DNA from: Deferribacterales bacterium
Lineage (GTDB): Bacteria; Chrysiogenota; Deferribacteres; Deferribacterales; Geovibrionaceae
Assembly: GCA_050251875.1 (NCBI GenBank)
Contig: JBFWMA010000006.1
Span: 96,001-160,000, forward strand
Length of the DNA: 64,000 bases
Direction of reading: 5' to 3'
Within the stretch, counting starts at the first letter, position 1; each line of letters starts with the position of its first letter. Shown piece by piece: positions 1 to 8,371 of the stretch. The notes under the pieces were generated by a model. It saw nothing but the letters and a program-made list of their open reading frames with translations, had not been told where the DNA came from and searched no databases. The position numbers were made by a program, and so were the translations under genes.

Positions 1-911
1 AACTCTTTATAGGTTCTCTCCATCGGCTCTCCGCCTATAACCACCGCCTCGTCACGAAAGGCGGAAGGAACGTAAAGATCCATGGTAAGGTTGGTAAACG
101 GAGTCTGAAAACCCACTCTGGTAGGCACGTTCAGGTTGAATATGAACTCCTGAAGAGCCTGTTTCACATCGGCATAGCTCAGCTTGTCATATGCAATGAA
201 AGGGGCGAGCAGTGTGTCGAAGTTGGAAAACGCCTGAGCGCCCGCCGCCTCTCCCTGCAATGTGTAGAAAAAGTTTACTATCTGTCCCAGAGCCGAGCGG
301 AAATGTTTCGGGGGTCTGCTCTCCACCTTGCCGTGGACGCCTCCGAAACCTCTGGTGAGAAGATCCTTCAGATCCCAGCCGCAGCAGTAGACAGCCAGCA
401 GACCGAGATCGTGGATATGAAAACTGCCGGAATTATGCGCTGTCTGCACGTTTTCCGGATATATTCTGTTCAGCCAGTATTTGGCTGTTATCTTCGATGA
501 TATATAGTTGTTCAGCCCCTGAAGAGCGTATGTGGTGTTGCTGTTTTCGCTCACCCTCCAGTCGCTGCCGCCCAGATATTCCTCCACGATGGATTCCAGT
601 CCTTCGAAAGCCTCTCTGAAATCTCTCATCTGGGCTCTCTGGCTGCGGTAGAGAATGTATGCTTTGGCGGTTTTGGCGTGTCCGTTCTCTATCAGAACTT
701 TTTCCACTTCGTCCTGAATCTCTTCCACAGATACTGATCCGTATACGCCGTATTTGTCTGTGAGAGCCCTGCAAACCTTGATGGAAAGCATGGCGGAAAT
801 ATTGCGGTCGGTGCCGCCCACGGCTTTTGCGGCCTTATAGATGGCATTGGCTATTCTTTCATGGTCAAACGGCACAAATCGACCGTCACGTTTGTTGACT
901 TTTTCTATCAT
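1..911 (-). CDS. nrdD: Anaerobic (class III) ribonucleoside-triphosphate reductase with N-terminal ATP cone; 5' part, runs off window start
   Basis: Not in ORF track. My translation from ATG 911 (SD AAGGAGG upstream): MIEKVNKRDGRFVPFDHERIANAIYKAA (ATP cone), DWRVSENSN, FHIHDL, YCCGW, PPKHFRSALGQIVNFFYTLQGEAAGAQAFSNFDT, QTPFTN; open to position 1. Confidence 0.95.
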   Translation of the reverse strand, partial: MIEKVNKRDGRFVPFDHERIANAIYKAAKAVGGTDRNISAMLSIKVCRALTDKYGVYGSVSVEEIQDEVEKVLIENGHAKTAKAYILYRSQRAQMRDFREAFEGLESIVEEYLGGSDWRVSENSNTTYALQGLNNYISSKITAKYWLNRIYPENVQTAHNSGSFHIHDLGLLAVYCCGWDLKDLLTRGFGGVHGKVESRPPKHFRSALGQIVNFFYTLQGEAAGAQAFSNFDTLLAPFIAYDKLSYADVKQALQEFIFNLNVPTRVGFQTPFTNLTMDLYVPSAFRDEAVVIGGEPMERTYKE

Positions 912-1028
912 AAAAAGTCTACCTCCTTAAAAATGAACGCAGTTAGAGGGTAAAAAAATAGGGCAGTAAATAAGGGTGATTATTTTATGGAATGATAAAG
1001 ATCATCCATCCCTCCGCTGGTTAAATTA

Positions 1029-1163
1029 AAGGTCAGGTATCCTGGCTCTCCATCGTTCTACTTGCCCGGTCTTCCCATTCTCACAGTGACCGTGTGGGGG
1101 CTTTCGTCAGGATTACAGTTGCGGGGGCAGCGCCGGAATTAAACCGGACTTCCCTGATTCCTT
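1029..1163 (-). ncRNA. Cobalamin (B12) riboswitch upstream of nrdD
   Basis: Minus strand carries the conserved B12-element segments AGGGAAGTCCGGT..AATTCCGGCGCTGCCCCCGCAACTGT, GTCACTG..GGGAAG and the B12 box GAGCCAGGATACCTG; lies upstream of a B12-independent RNR. Confidence 0.93.
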
Positions 1164-1170
1164 CATCTTC

Positions 1171-1199
1171 ATTTTGCAGAGAACGGACCGAGATGTCAA
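1171..1199 (-). promoter_or_regulatory. Sigma70-type promoter for the riboswitch-nrdD transcript
   Basis: Minus strand TTGACA (1199-1194), 17-nt spacer, CAAAAT (1176-1171). Confidence 0.65.
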
Positions 1200-1253
1200 C
1201 CAAACATTTCGGACGAATAACGTCCGGTCAGGCTAACTTTCTGAAAGGACAGA

Positions 1254-1361
1254 TCAAATAACTTTTACCGTCTCCGTGATCTCTTCAAAGAGCCTCTCGG
1301 CTATCCGTGAGCACCTGAAAACAGCGTAAGCGGAAACAGCTATGATTGCCAGAAGTGACAT
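1254..1361 (-). CDS. Possible 35-aa small hydrophobic protein
   Basis: MSLLAIIAVSAYAVFRCSRIAERLFEEITETVKVI, weak SD AGGTG 5 nt upstream; no family recognised. Confidence 0.25.
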   Translation of the reverse strand: MSLLAIIAVSAYAVFRCSRIAERLFEEITETVKVI

Positions 1362-1430
1362 AAAAACACCTGTACCGAGTATTTTTTCACTAATCTAGCG
1401 CCTATACATCAGAAAAAGATACGGATCTTG

Positions 1431-2606
1431 TCAGATTGTTTTAATATCTGCCTCAGCGGAAGGCACAGCGGACATCAGAAGCAGACACGCCAGCACAGAT
1501 ACCATGCCGACTGCTCCCGCCGTATAAAAGACAACCCTGATATCCAGAACGGATATGATGAGAGCGCCGATGAAAGAAGCGGCAGTGAACCCGAGATTCA
1601 TCACGCTGTTGAACAGCCCCGCTGTTCTGCCCATCCCCAGCCTCTCTCCCTCGTCCACCAGCAGAGACGAGCTGGCGGGCTGAGACACAGCGCCGAATAT
1701 TCCGGCGCACACGCACAGAAACAGCATGCCGTAGAAACTGCCTGTGTCAGCCACCATAAAGACCAGAGCGGAGGCATACACCCCGCCGCCCACAATCATC
1801 AGCTTTCTGGATATCCTGTCCGCCATCCTGCCCATAGGGCGCAGAAACAATATCATGCTCAGCGTTGTGGACGACAGTACCATTCCCGTCTGAAAACCTG
1901 TGGAGCCCATGCGGCTCTCCATGAATATGGGCAGAAAGACGCACATGGTGGCTATGGAATATGCTCTGCCGAATATGAAAAACAGAAGCGAGGCTATCAC
2001 TGAGTTTCCGGCTATGTCTTTCAGCGGGGCGCACCTCTCCGGAATGGAGTTCACGCCTGCGCCGGAAGGCAGAAAAACTGCGGCGATAAGAGCGCTGACG
2101 CACAGAACGAAAAGAACGCCGAACAGCCCAGTGAATCCGAAATGATCTTTTACCAGCCCGCCCAGAAGAGGACCCAGAGCGGCAGCCGAATAGAATGAGA
2201 TGTCGAAGCCTCCCAGCGATGATGCCCTGCGCCCACGGGGAGCGGCGCTCCCCGCGGCAGACAGCAGAACAGGGCGAAAGATTGCGGTGCTTAGACCCTG
2301 AGCCGTCCGCAGAGCAGTTACTATAAGGAGGTTGTTAGACTGCATATATAGGAATGCAATCAGCGAGTAAATCGTGATACTGAATATTATCAGTCTCCTG
2401 CTGCCCAGCCTGTCGCTGAGCATGCCCGCCAGAGGCGAGAAGAGTATCTTTGCCGCCGCATAGAGTCCTATGGCGGAGGCGAACACCAGCCCTCTGGCTC
2501 CGAGACCCGTTACATAGACGGAGAAATAAGCGTCTGACACGGCAAAACCGAGCGAGACAGCGAAATTTATGAAGAATAATATCTTTAAACTGTTATCCGT
2601 CCGCAT
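1431..2606 (-). CDS. MFS transporter
   Basis: About 12 hydrophobic segments; MFS motif A (GMLSDRLGSR, GRMADRISRK). Confidence 0.9.
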   Translation of the reverse strand: MRTDNSLKILFFINFAVSLGFAVSDAYFSVYVTGLGARGLVFASAIGLYAAAKILFSPLAGMLSDRLGSRRLIIFSITIYSLIAFLYMQSNNLLIVTALRTAQGLSTAIFRPVLLSAAGSAAPRGRRASSLGGFDISFYSAAALGPLLGGLVKDHFGFTGLFGVLFVLCVSALIAAVFLPSGAGVNSIPERCAPLKDIAGNSVIASLLFFIFGRAYSIATMCVFLPIFMESRMGSTGFQTGMVLSSTTLSMILFLRPMGRMADRISRKLMIVGGGVYASALVFMVADTGSFYGMLFLCVCAGIFGAVSQPASSSLLVDEGERLGMGRTAGLFNSVMNLGFTAASFIGALIISVLDIRVVFYTAGAVGMVSVLACLLLMSAVPSAEADIKTI

Positions 2607-2624
2607 AAGAGCCTCTCTTTAATA

Positions 2625-2666
2625 TCAGCGGCACCGGCGGTTACGGGGTCCGCCGATGCCTGCTGA
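2625..2666 (-). other. GC-rich intercistronic hairpin between porin and MFS genes
   Basis: TCAGC-GGCA-CCGGCGG ... CCGCCGA-TGCC-TGCTGA imperfect inverted repeat. Confidence 0.55.
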
Positions 2667-2726
2667 CAGGTTGTGTCAGGTTTACCCACAGGAGTATTAA
2701 AAGGATGCCACCTGAAGAACCTCAGA

Positions 2727-3968
2727 TCACTTCTTTCCGCCGAAGCTGAATTTGTATGTCACATAGAATCTGGTGTCGTCATAGTCGTCACCGTCATCCA
2801 CATCGATGGTAGCGTATCTGGCTCTGACACCGAATCCCTGAAGGGCTCCGCCGAAATCATACTGGATGCTGTAGTCTGTCTCCGCCATGTCTGCGGAGGC
2901 GTTGCTGCCTGTTTCGGGTGTGTCATATTTTGCGTAAAACACATAAGCGCTGAGACCTTTTAAGCCAAGTTTGCCGAAATCATAGGCAAGCCTGGCGGCA
3001 TAAACGTCCTCTTCCGCTCTGCATGAGTTCAGCACCTGCTGGATCACGACCATGCTGGCGCCCCATTTATCCAGAAGAGCGTCATCGCCTGTTTTAGCGT
3101 AAAAACCTGTCAGGTCGAAACCATAGTATTTCGCGCCGAGGCTAAGACCATAGTGTTCTGTGCTGAAATCGCCCACGAGCTCATCACCCTGTGATTTCTG
3201 AAGCAGCAGTGTGGGTTTGGTATATACAGTCACGCCGCCGAGGTCTTTACTCACTGATATGTCGAAGTACTGCTCGTTAAAAACATCGGGCATAGTGTAA
3301 TACCACGCCTGAACAGAGCTGTTCACTGATTCCACGGGCAGTTTGTAGTTAGCGCCGAAGATATAGAAAGGGTTGTCGTCTATATTCACACTGCCTGCGG
3401 GACCGGATGCGGCGGCGTCTGATATGGATACGAAGTCCTCATCCGCCCAGCCCAGTGAATCTGTGATATAGTAGCCGGAGAGAGTCAGGTTGTTCACAGA
3501 GTTATTAACCACAGACAGTCCTTTGTAGCTTCTGGGAAGCAGACGGATCTGGTGTGTGTGCATCATGGGAGTGTTCACTTCCTGAGCGCCGTATTTTATC
3601 TGTGTTTTGAACCAGTCGCCCTGAATATAGTATTCCTGCATTCTGGTTACGCTTTTATGCGATCCGTCATCGTTTCTGCCCAGCAGTCCATACACGGAAT
3701 CGCTGTCGTTATCGCCTATGTTGTTTGTTGTGGCAAAGGCTGTGCCGAATGATATTCCGTAAAGAGGCGCTGTCTTATAATATAAAAGTCCGCCGAAAGC
3801 GCTGTCTCTCTTTGTTTTGGCTGTATCATAGTCTTTGGTAAAATCCATAAACTTGATCTCGCCCCGTCCTGTTCCTTCGGTGAACATCTCTTTCACATTG
3901 GTAGCCGCGAAGGCGGATGTTGTCAGGCTGAGAGCAAGAGCCGCTATAATAGCTATTCTGCTTTTCAT
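2727..3968 (-). CDS. OprD/Occ-family outer-membrane porin
   Basis: Signal peptide ending AFA; alternating beta-strand pattern; G-x-Q-x-x-x-TP and RLLP motifs; C-terminal RFYVTYKF. Confidence 0.8.
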   Translation of the reverse strand: MKSRIAIIAALALSLTTSAFAATNVKEMFTEGTGRGEIKFMDFTKDYDTAKTKRDSAFGGLLYYKTAPLYGISFGTAFATTNNIGDNDSDSVYGLLGRNDDGSHKSVTRMQEYYIQGDWFKTQIKYGAQEVNTPMMHTHQIRLLPRSYKGLSVVNNSVNNLTLSGYYITDSLGWADEDFVSISDAAASGPAGSVNIDDNPFYIFGANYKLPVESVNSSVQAWYYTMPDVFNEQYFDISVSKDLGGVTVYTKPTLLLQKSQGDELVGDFSTEHYGLSLGAKYYGFDLTGFYAKTGDDALLDKWGASMVVIQQVLNSCRAEEDVYAARLAYDFGKLGLKGLSAYVFYAKYDTPETGSNASADMAETDYSIQYDFGGALQGFGVRARYATIDVDDGDDYDDTRFYVTYKFSFGGKK

Positions 3969-4025
3969 CTTTTTCCTCCCTTAGTATTAAAGGGCGCCCG
4001 CCCTAAACGGACGCCCGGAGTGATT

Positions 4026-5555
4026 TTATTTTATGCCTATGTATTTCACTGCGTTTTCAGCGGCTATACGTCCTGAGTTGATAGCGAAACCGAATGTTCC
4101 GCCTCCGAGTTTCAGGTCATAGCTGTCGCCGTACATACCGCCGGCGTCCAGACCGCCGGCATAGAGACCGGGGATGACTTCGTTGTCAACGTCAACAACT
4201 TCTGTGTGCTCGTTGATTCTGATGCCGCCCAGTGTGCCAAGTGCTCTGGGGTGCAGTTTTGTCACATAGAAGGGAGCTTTTTTCAGGTGGCGCAGATAGA
4301 GAGGTGATTTGTGGAAAAGGTTATCCACATGCATGTCAGCCGCCTCGTTAACGCTGTCCACTGTCGCCTGAAGCACTTTGGGATCGGCGCCGATGGCTTT
4401 TGCCACTTCTGCTATGGTGTTGCATTTAAAAACGTTGCCGTTTTTTCTGCCAAGTTCTTTGCTGAACTCAGCATCGAGTTTCACAAGTTTTGTACCCTGA
4501 AGAACCCATTCGCCAAGAGGCATCTGGATACCTTCATTAATGACTTTCAGCCTGGTGTCCTCATCATAGATAGAGTAAGCTGTGCCGCCTATTCTCTCCA
4601 GTGCGTTGCCAGACTGAGGCCACTCGGTGATGTTTGACTCGTCTGTGTATCTGTGACCTTTGGGGTCAACGAACAGATAAGGCTGAACAGCAGCGGCGAT
4701 CATCTGTGATGCGGGGTGGAATCCTGCCAGACCGGGACGGTATGACTGCATAACATTCACACCCTCTTCGGCGGCGCCTGCTTTCCATGCCATTTTGATA
4801 CCATCGCCCATTTTACCTATCTGACCGATGAAGACCATTTCGGGATATCTGGAATATTTGGCTACCATCTCTTTGTTGTTGGCAAAACCGCCGGAAGCGA
4901 TCAGAACTGCCTTAGCGTTTACTGTCACTTTCTCGCCGTCTTTTGTCTCGCCCACGACACCTACTATCTTACCGTCTTTTTTGATAAGGTCTGTGGCGCC
5001 TGTGTTGAGCAGAAGAGTACCGCCGCCGTCAACAAACTGCTTTGTGAGCACTTTCATAACAGCCTCGCCGTGGTGATACTGCTTACCGTCAACATCAACC
5101 CAGTCGATAACGTGCCATGTAAGGGGTCCGCCGAAGCCGCCCACGCCCACATATTCATATTTGATTCCGAATTGTTTCAGCCATTCGATGGTTTCGGCTG
5201 ATTTATTGACAAAAGCGCTCACCAGAGGCGCATTAGCACGCCAGTGGCTGTAGTCCATGATGGTCTTGAACGCGAACTGTTTGGATACGTCAATACCTAT
5301 TCTGAGCTGAACGCTGGATTCAGCCGCGAAGAGTCCCTCGGCAAAGTTTCCCGTACCGCCTGTTATCGCCTGTTTTTCAAGGACAACAACTTTTGCGCCC
5401 AACATCTGTGCCTGAACGGCTGAGCTGAGACCTGTGGCGCCGCCGCCGACTATGGCATAATCTGTGTTATACACCTTGTCAGCGAAAGCCGGCATACAGA
5501 ACATAAGCGCCAGAACAAATGTCAAGAACGCTTTGATCGATACTAGACATTTCAT
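4026..5555 (-). CDS. Periplasmic FAD-dependent reductase, flavocytochrome c flavin subunit (FAD_binding_2 family)
   Basis: Sec-type signal peptide ending PAFA; GGGATG dinucleotide motif; LEK..TGG; ASGGF; GDGIKMA; TLGGIRIN; IPGLYAGG; SGRIAA. Confidence 0.9.
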   Translation of the reverse strand: MKCLVSIKAFLTFVLALMFCMPAFADKVYNTDYAIVGGGATGLSSAVQAQMLGAKVVVLEKQAITGGTGNFAEGLFAAESSVQLRIGIDVSKQFAFKTIMDYSHWRANAPLVSAFVNKSAETIEWLKQFGIKYEYVGVGGFGGPLTWHVIDWVDVDGKQYHHGEAVMKVLTKQFVDGGGTLLLNTGATDLIKKDGKIVGVVGETKDGEKVTVNAKAVLIASGGFANNKEMVAKYSRYPEMVFIGQIGKMGDGIKMAWKAGAAEEGVNVMQSYRPGLAGFHPASQMIAAAVQPYLFVDPKGHRYTDESNITEWPQSGNALERIGGTAYSIYDEDTRLKVINEGIQMPLGEWVLQGTKLVKLDAEFSKELGRKNGNVFKCNTIAEVAKAIGADPKVLQATVDSVNEAADMHVDNLFHKSPLYLRHLKKAPFYVTKLHPRALGTLGGIRINEHTEVVDVDNEVIPGLYAGGLDAGGMYGDSYDLKLGGGTFGFAINSGRIAAENAVKYIGIK

Positions 5556-5650
5556 TTTATTACCTCACTTTATATATTTAATGCCCCGAAAGGCACTAAC
5601 TCCCTCAGTTGGATGAAAGGTCTCCCCCCTTTATCCCTTTGGCCGCATAT

Positions 5651-5995
5651 CTATGGTGCTACGAAATCGAAGTTGTGACATGAAGCGCACACAACCTCTG
5701 ACGGTTTATGTATCTTATGGCAGTCCCTGCAGTCCAGCTCGCCCAGATGTGAATCGTGGGGGTTTGCCTCCGGCAGGTCTTTAGTGAGCTCTTTCACATC
5801 GGCGTACCCGCCGTGACATTCTATGCAGGATTCCTGAGGAGCCGCTTTTTCGGGATTATCGACCTTGTGACAGTCGATACATGCTATGGCGTTCTCCTTG
5901 TGCTTGCCCTTCAGCTCCTGGGCGAATGCCGCAGTGGATAAAAGAGCCACACAAACTATTGCTAAAATTGAGATCATGACGTATGAAAGTTTCAT
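5651..5995 (-). CDS. Small tetraheme cytochrome c (flavocytochrome c heme subunit type)
   Basis: Signal peptide; four CxxCH motifs (CIDCH, CIECH, CRDCH, CASCH) and NPHDSH; ATG 5995 with SD GGGAG preferred over GTG 6013. Confidence 0.92.
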   Translation of the reverse strand: MKLSYVMISILAIVCVALLSTAAFAQELKGKHKENAIACIDCHKVDNPEKAAPQESCIECHGGYADVKELTKDLPEANPHDSHLGELDCRDCHKIHKPSEVVCASCHNFDFVAP

Positions 5996-6018
5996 AATAA
6001 TACTCCCGGACACGTTTT

Positions 6019-6098
6019 AGTCATACCTTATATGTAAAATGTATAACATATAATATTACCCGTCAACACAAATGTCATACATTTGACATATGACATTT
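6019..6098. promoter_or_regulatory. Candidate GntR/FadR operators in the divergent promoter region
   Basis: Perfect 10-bp inverted repeat AAATGTCATA-N9-TATGACATTT (6070-6098), plus related GTCATAC and TGTATAACA boxes near a minus-strand TTGACG (6066-6061). Confidence 0.6.
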
Positions 6099-6158
6099 TT
6101 TGTCTTATTATTCGACTTTGGGCTTTTCTTTTGATAGAATTGAACTAAATTAAATTTA

Positions 6159-6188
6159 TTGACTCTTAAAAAATATAATATGTATAAT
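6159..6188 (+). promoter_or_regulatory. Sigma70-type promoter of the GntR gene
   Basis: TTGACT-N18-TATAAT. Confidence 0.55.
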
Positions 6189-6217
6189 AAAGTCATTATT
6201 TTTGCAGGGAGAAACAA

Positions 6218-6988
6218 GTGGCAACCTTTATTCCGATCAGGCAGACAAAGGCATCTGACGAGGTATACGGACAGCTGAAAGACGCGATACTCACCGAAAA
6301 GTATAAAGCAGGCGACAAACTGCCGTCAGAGCGGGAACTCATCGAGATGTTTCAGGTCAGCAGAACCGTGGTCAGAGAGGCTATCAAGATTCTGGAGGCA
6401 AACCAGTTTGTCGAGATAAAACAGGGCGCCACAGGCGGAGCTTTTGTAAAACACATCACATTCGAAAGGCTCAGCGATGCCTGCTATGACATGTTCATGT
6501 CCGGTCAGCTCACCCTGCCGGAGCTCTGCCAGGCGAGATTTCTTATCGAGCCCGCCTCTATCAGGCTCTCCGTGCAGAATATGAACGAAGACTATAAAGA
6601 GCGTCTTCTGAAGGCTCTGGATGACGAAAAAAAGACCAGCGACAGTAATGACGAAATGGTCTACTACCGTTCACAGCTCCACTATGTTCTGGCGGAAATG
6701 ACAGAAAACAGGTTTCTCGAAGCTATTATTAAATCTCTGGCGATACTCGTCAGAGAGGTTACCAAAGACATACAGCCGCCCTTTCACCCGGACAAGGTTC
6801 ACCCGGTGGGCATGCACGACAATCTGGTTCAGGCTGTTCTGGACAAAGACGAGGACAGAGCCGCCGAAGAGATGAGGCTCCACCTTATCGATTTCAGAAA
6901 CAGGCTGGAAGAGGCGGAGATGAACTTCCGCAAAACAACGCCGGGCAAACATCTATTCTGCGGCAGGATAGATAAAAAAACTATTTGA
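6218..6988 (+). CDS. GntR-family (FadR subfamily) transcriptional regulator
   Basis: GDKLPSERELIEMFQVSRTVVREAIKIL wHTH; FCD-type C-terminus (LH..LA..TEN, H..LV.A). Confidence 0.93.
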   Translation: MATFIPIRQTKASDEVYGQLKDAILTEKYKAGDKLPSERELIEMFQVSRTVVREAIKILEANQFVEIKQGATGGAFVKHITFERLSDACYDMFMSGQLTLPELCQARFLIEPASIRLSVQNMNEDYKERLLKALDDEKKTSDSNDEMVYYRSQLHYVLAEMTENRFLEAIIKSLAILVREVTKDIQPPFHPDKVHPVGMHDNLVQAVLDKDEDRAAEEMRLHLIDFRNRLEEAEMNFRKTTPGKHLFCGRIDKKTI

Positions 6989-7083
6989 TTATTGCTCATC
7001 CGAGCTATATTAAAGTACATAACTTTTGTGGGGAAGTGATTGTGCCCGTACCTATGCGACAACACAACTTACGGAGGTTATTA

Positions 7084-8370
7084 ATGCCCTTAGTTACTGC
7101 TGATATGACTCTTTCCGACATTATCAAAAAATATCCCGACACGAAGGAACTGTTTCTGGCTAACGGTCTCTCCGCCGACAGCATGAATGACGCTTTTCTG
7201 AGCGCTCTCACTTTGGAGAGATTCATGTCGCTGAGAAGCCTGAATCCGGAGCTTTTCATGCAGATCATAAATGCCGCTGCCGATGCCTGTTCCGAGCAGA
7301 AGATACTCTATACCACGGAAATACCGCCCATGAGAGCGGATTTTCTCGGATACGTTGTCTGTCCTTTCAAGCACCTTTACAAAGAGAAGCTGGAAGACGT
7401 GCTGACACAGCACTATGAGAAAACAGGCGACAGACTCATCAGCTTCGTCCCCATGGGATGCGGAGGACCTGACCCATATGAATACATATGGGAGGCGGAG
7501 AACATAGATGAACTGCCGGACGTGATAGCGTCTGTGGGATTCGGCGCTTTCTACCGTGAACAGTTCAAAAAGAAATTTCTGGAAACAGGAATGTTCACAT
7601 CTGTTCAGCCCCAGCCCGTTCCCGAACCATTCAAATCCGCCGGACTGGAAGACCCGAAAAAGATATATACCGTCTACTCCATCTCAGCCTATGTTATGCT
7701 GATAGACCATAAAAAGCTGGGTGATCTGCCAATGCCTAAAACATGGCTGGACATCACCGACCCCATTTACAAAGACAATGTAATCATAGGCGGCAACGAG
7801 GACGAGGTTAACGAAGTTCTCCTCATGCACATATGGAAAGACGGCGGAGACGAGGCGCTGAAACGCTTCGCCCCCAATGTGAAGGCGGCATGGCACGCCT
7901 CCCAGATGGCTAAGGCGGCAGGCAGCAGCATGAAGATCGGAGCGGCGATTTACGTTCTGCCGTGGTTCTTCGCCAGCACATGCCCCAACGCTCCCCACGC
8001 CGAAGTCTACTTTCCGGAGGACGGAGCGCTGGCAAGCCCGATGTATATGCTGGTGAAAACCGACAAGGTTGAGCGCATGAAACCCGTTATCGACTTTAAA
8101 ACCGGAAAGATGCTGGGGGACGTATCAGCGAAATCACTCTTTCCGTCTCTGAACCCCGATGCCGAAAAAGTTCTGCCGGAAGGCGTAAAGCTGAAATGGT
8201 TCGGCTGGGATTTCATCCACTCCACCGACATGAAAGAGCTGTCCGAGGAACTGAACAAAAAATTTATGTCCTACCATAAAAACAAGAACGTGCTGAACGA
8301 GACATCGGAAGTGATTCCTCTGTCCAAGCCGGAAAAAGGCTTCAAAAAAGCCGTGCTGATGAAGGACTGA
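7084..8370 (+). CDS. ABC substrate-binding-fold protein with DUF1858-like N-terminal domain and no signal peptide
   Basis: ATG 7084 after SD GGAGG; N-terminus ADMTLSDIIKKYPDTKELFLANGL; SBP-type PKTWLDITDPIYKD and FPEDGALASP. Confidence 0.72.
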   Translation: MPLVTADMTLSDIIKKYPDTKELFLANGLSADSMNDAFLSALTLERFMSLRSLNPELFMQIINAAADACSEQKILYTTEIPPMRADFLGYVVCPFKHLYKEKLEDVLTQHYEKTGDRLISFVPMGCGGPDPYEYIWEAENIDELPDVIASVGFGAFYREQFKKKFLETGMFTSVQPQPVPEPFKSAGLEDPKKIYTVYSISAYVMLIDHKKLGDLPMPKTWLDITDPIYKDNVIIGGNEDEVNEVLLMHIWKDGGDEALKRFAPNVKAAWHASQMAKAAGSSMKIGAAIYVLPWFFASTCPNAPHAEVYFPEDGALASPMYMLVKTDKVERMKPVIDFKTGKMLGDVSAKSLFPSLNPDAEKVLPEGVKLKWFGWDFIHSTDMKELSEELNKKFMSYHKNKNVLNETSEVIPLSKPEKGFKKAVLMKD

Positions 8371-8371
8371 T

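Noticed and set aside
1385..1402. NrdR box upstream of nrdD (CACTAATCTAGCG)
   Set aside because: Spacing is one base short of the consensus, it is a single copy and it is far from the predicted promoter.
4026..5555. Fumarate reductase (frdA/fccA) call
   Set aside because: The dicarboxylate-binding His/Arg motifs appear replaced and there are no frdBC genes.
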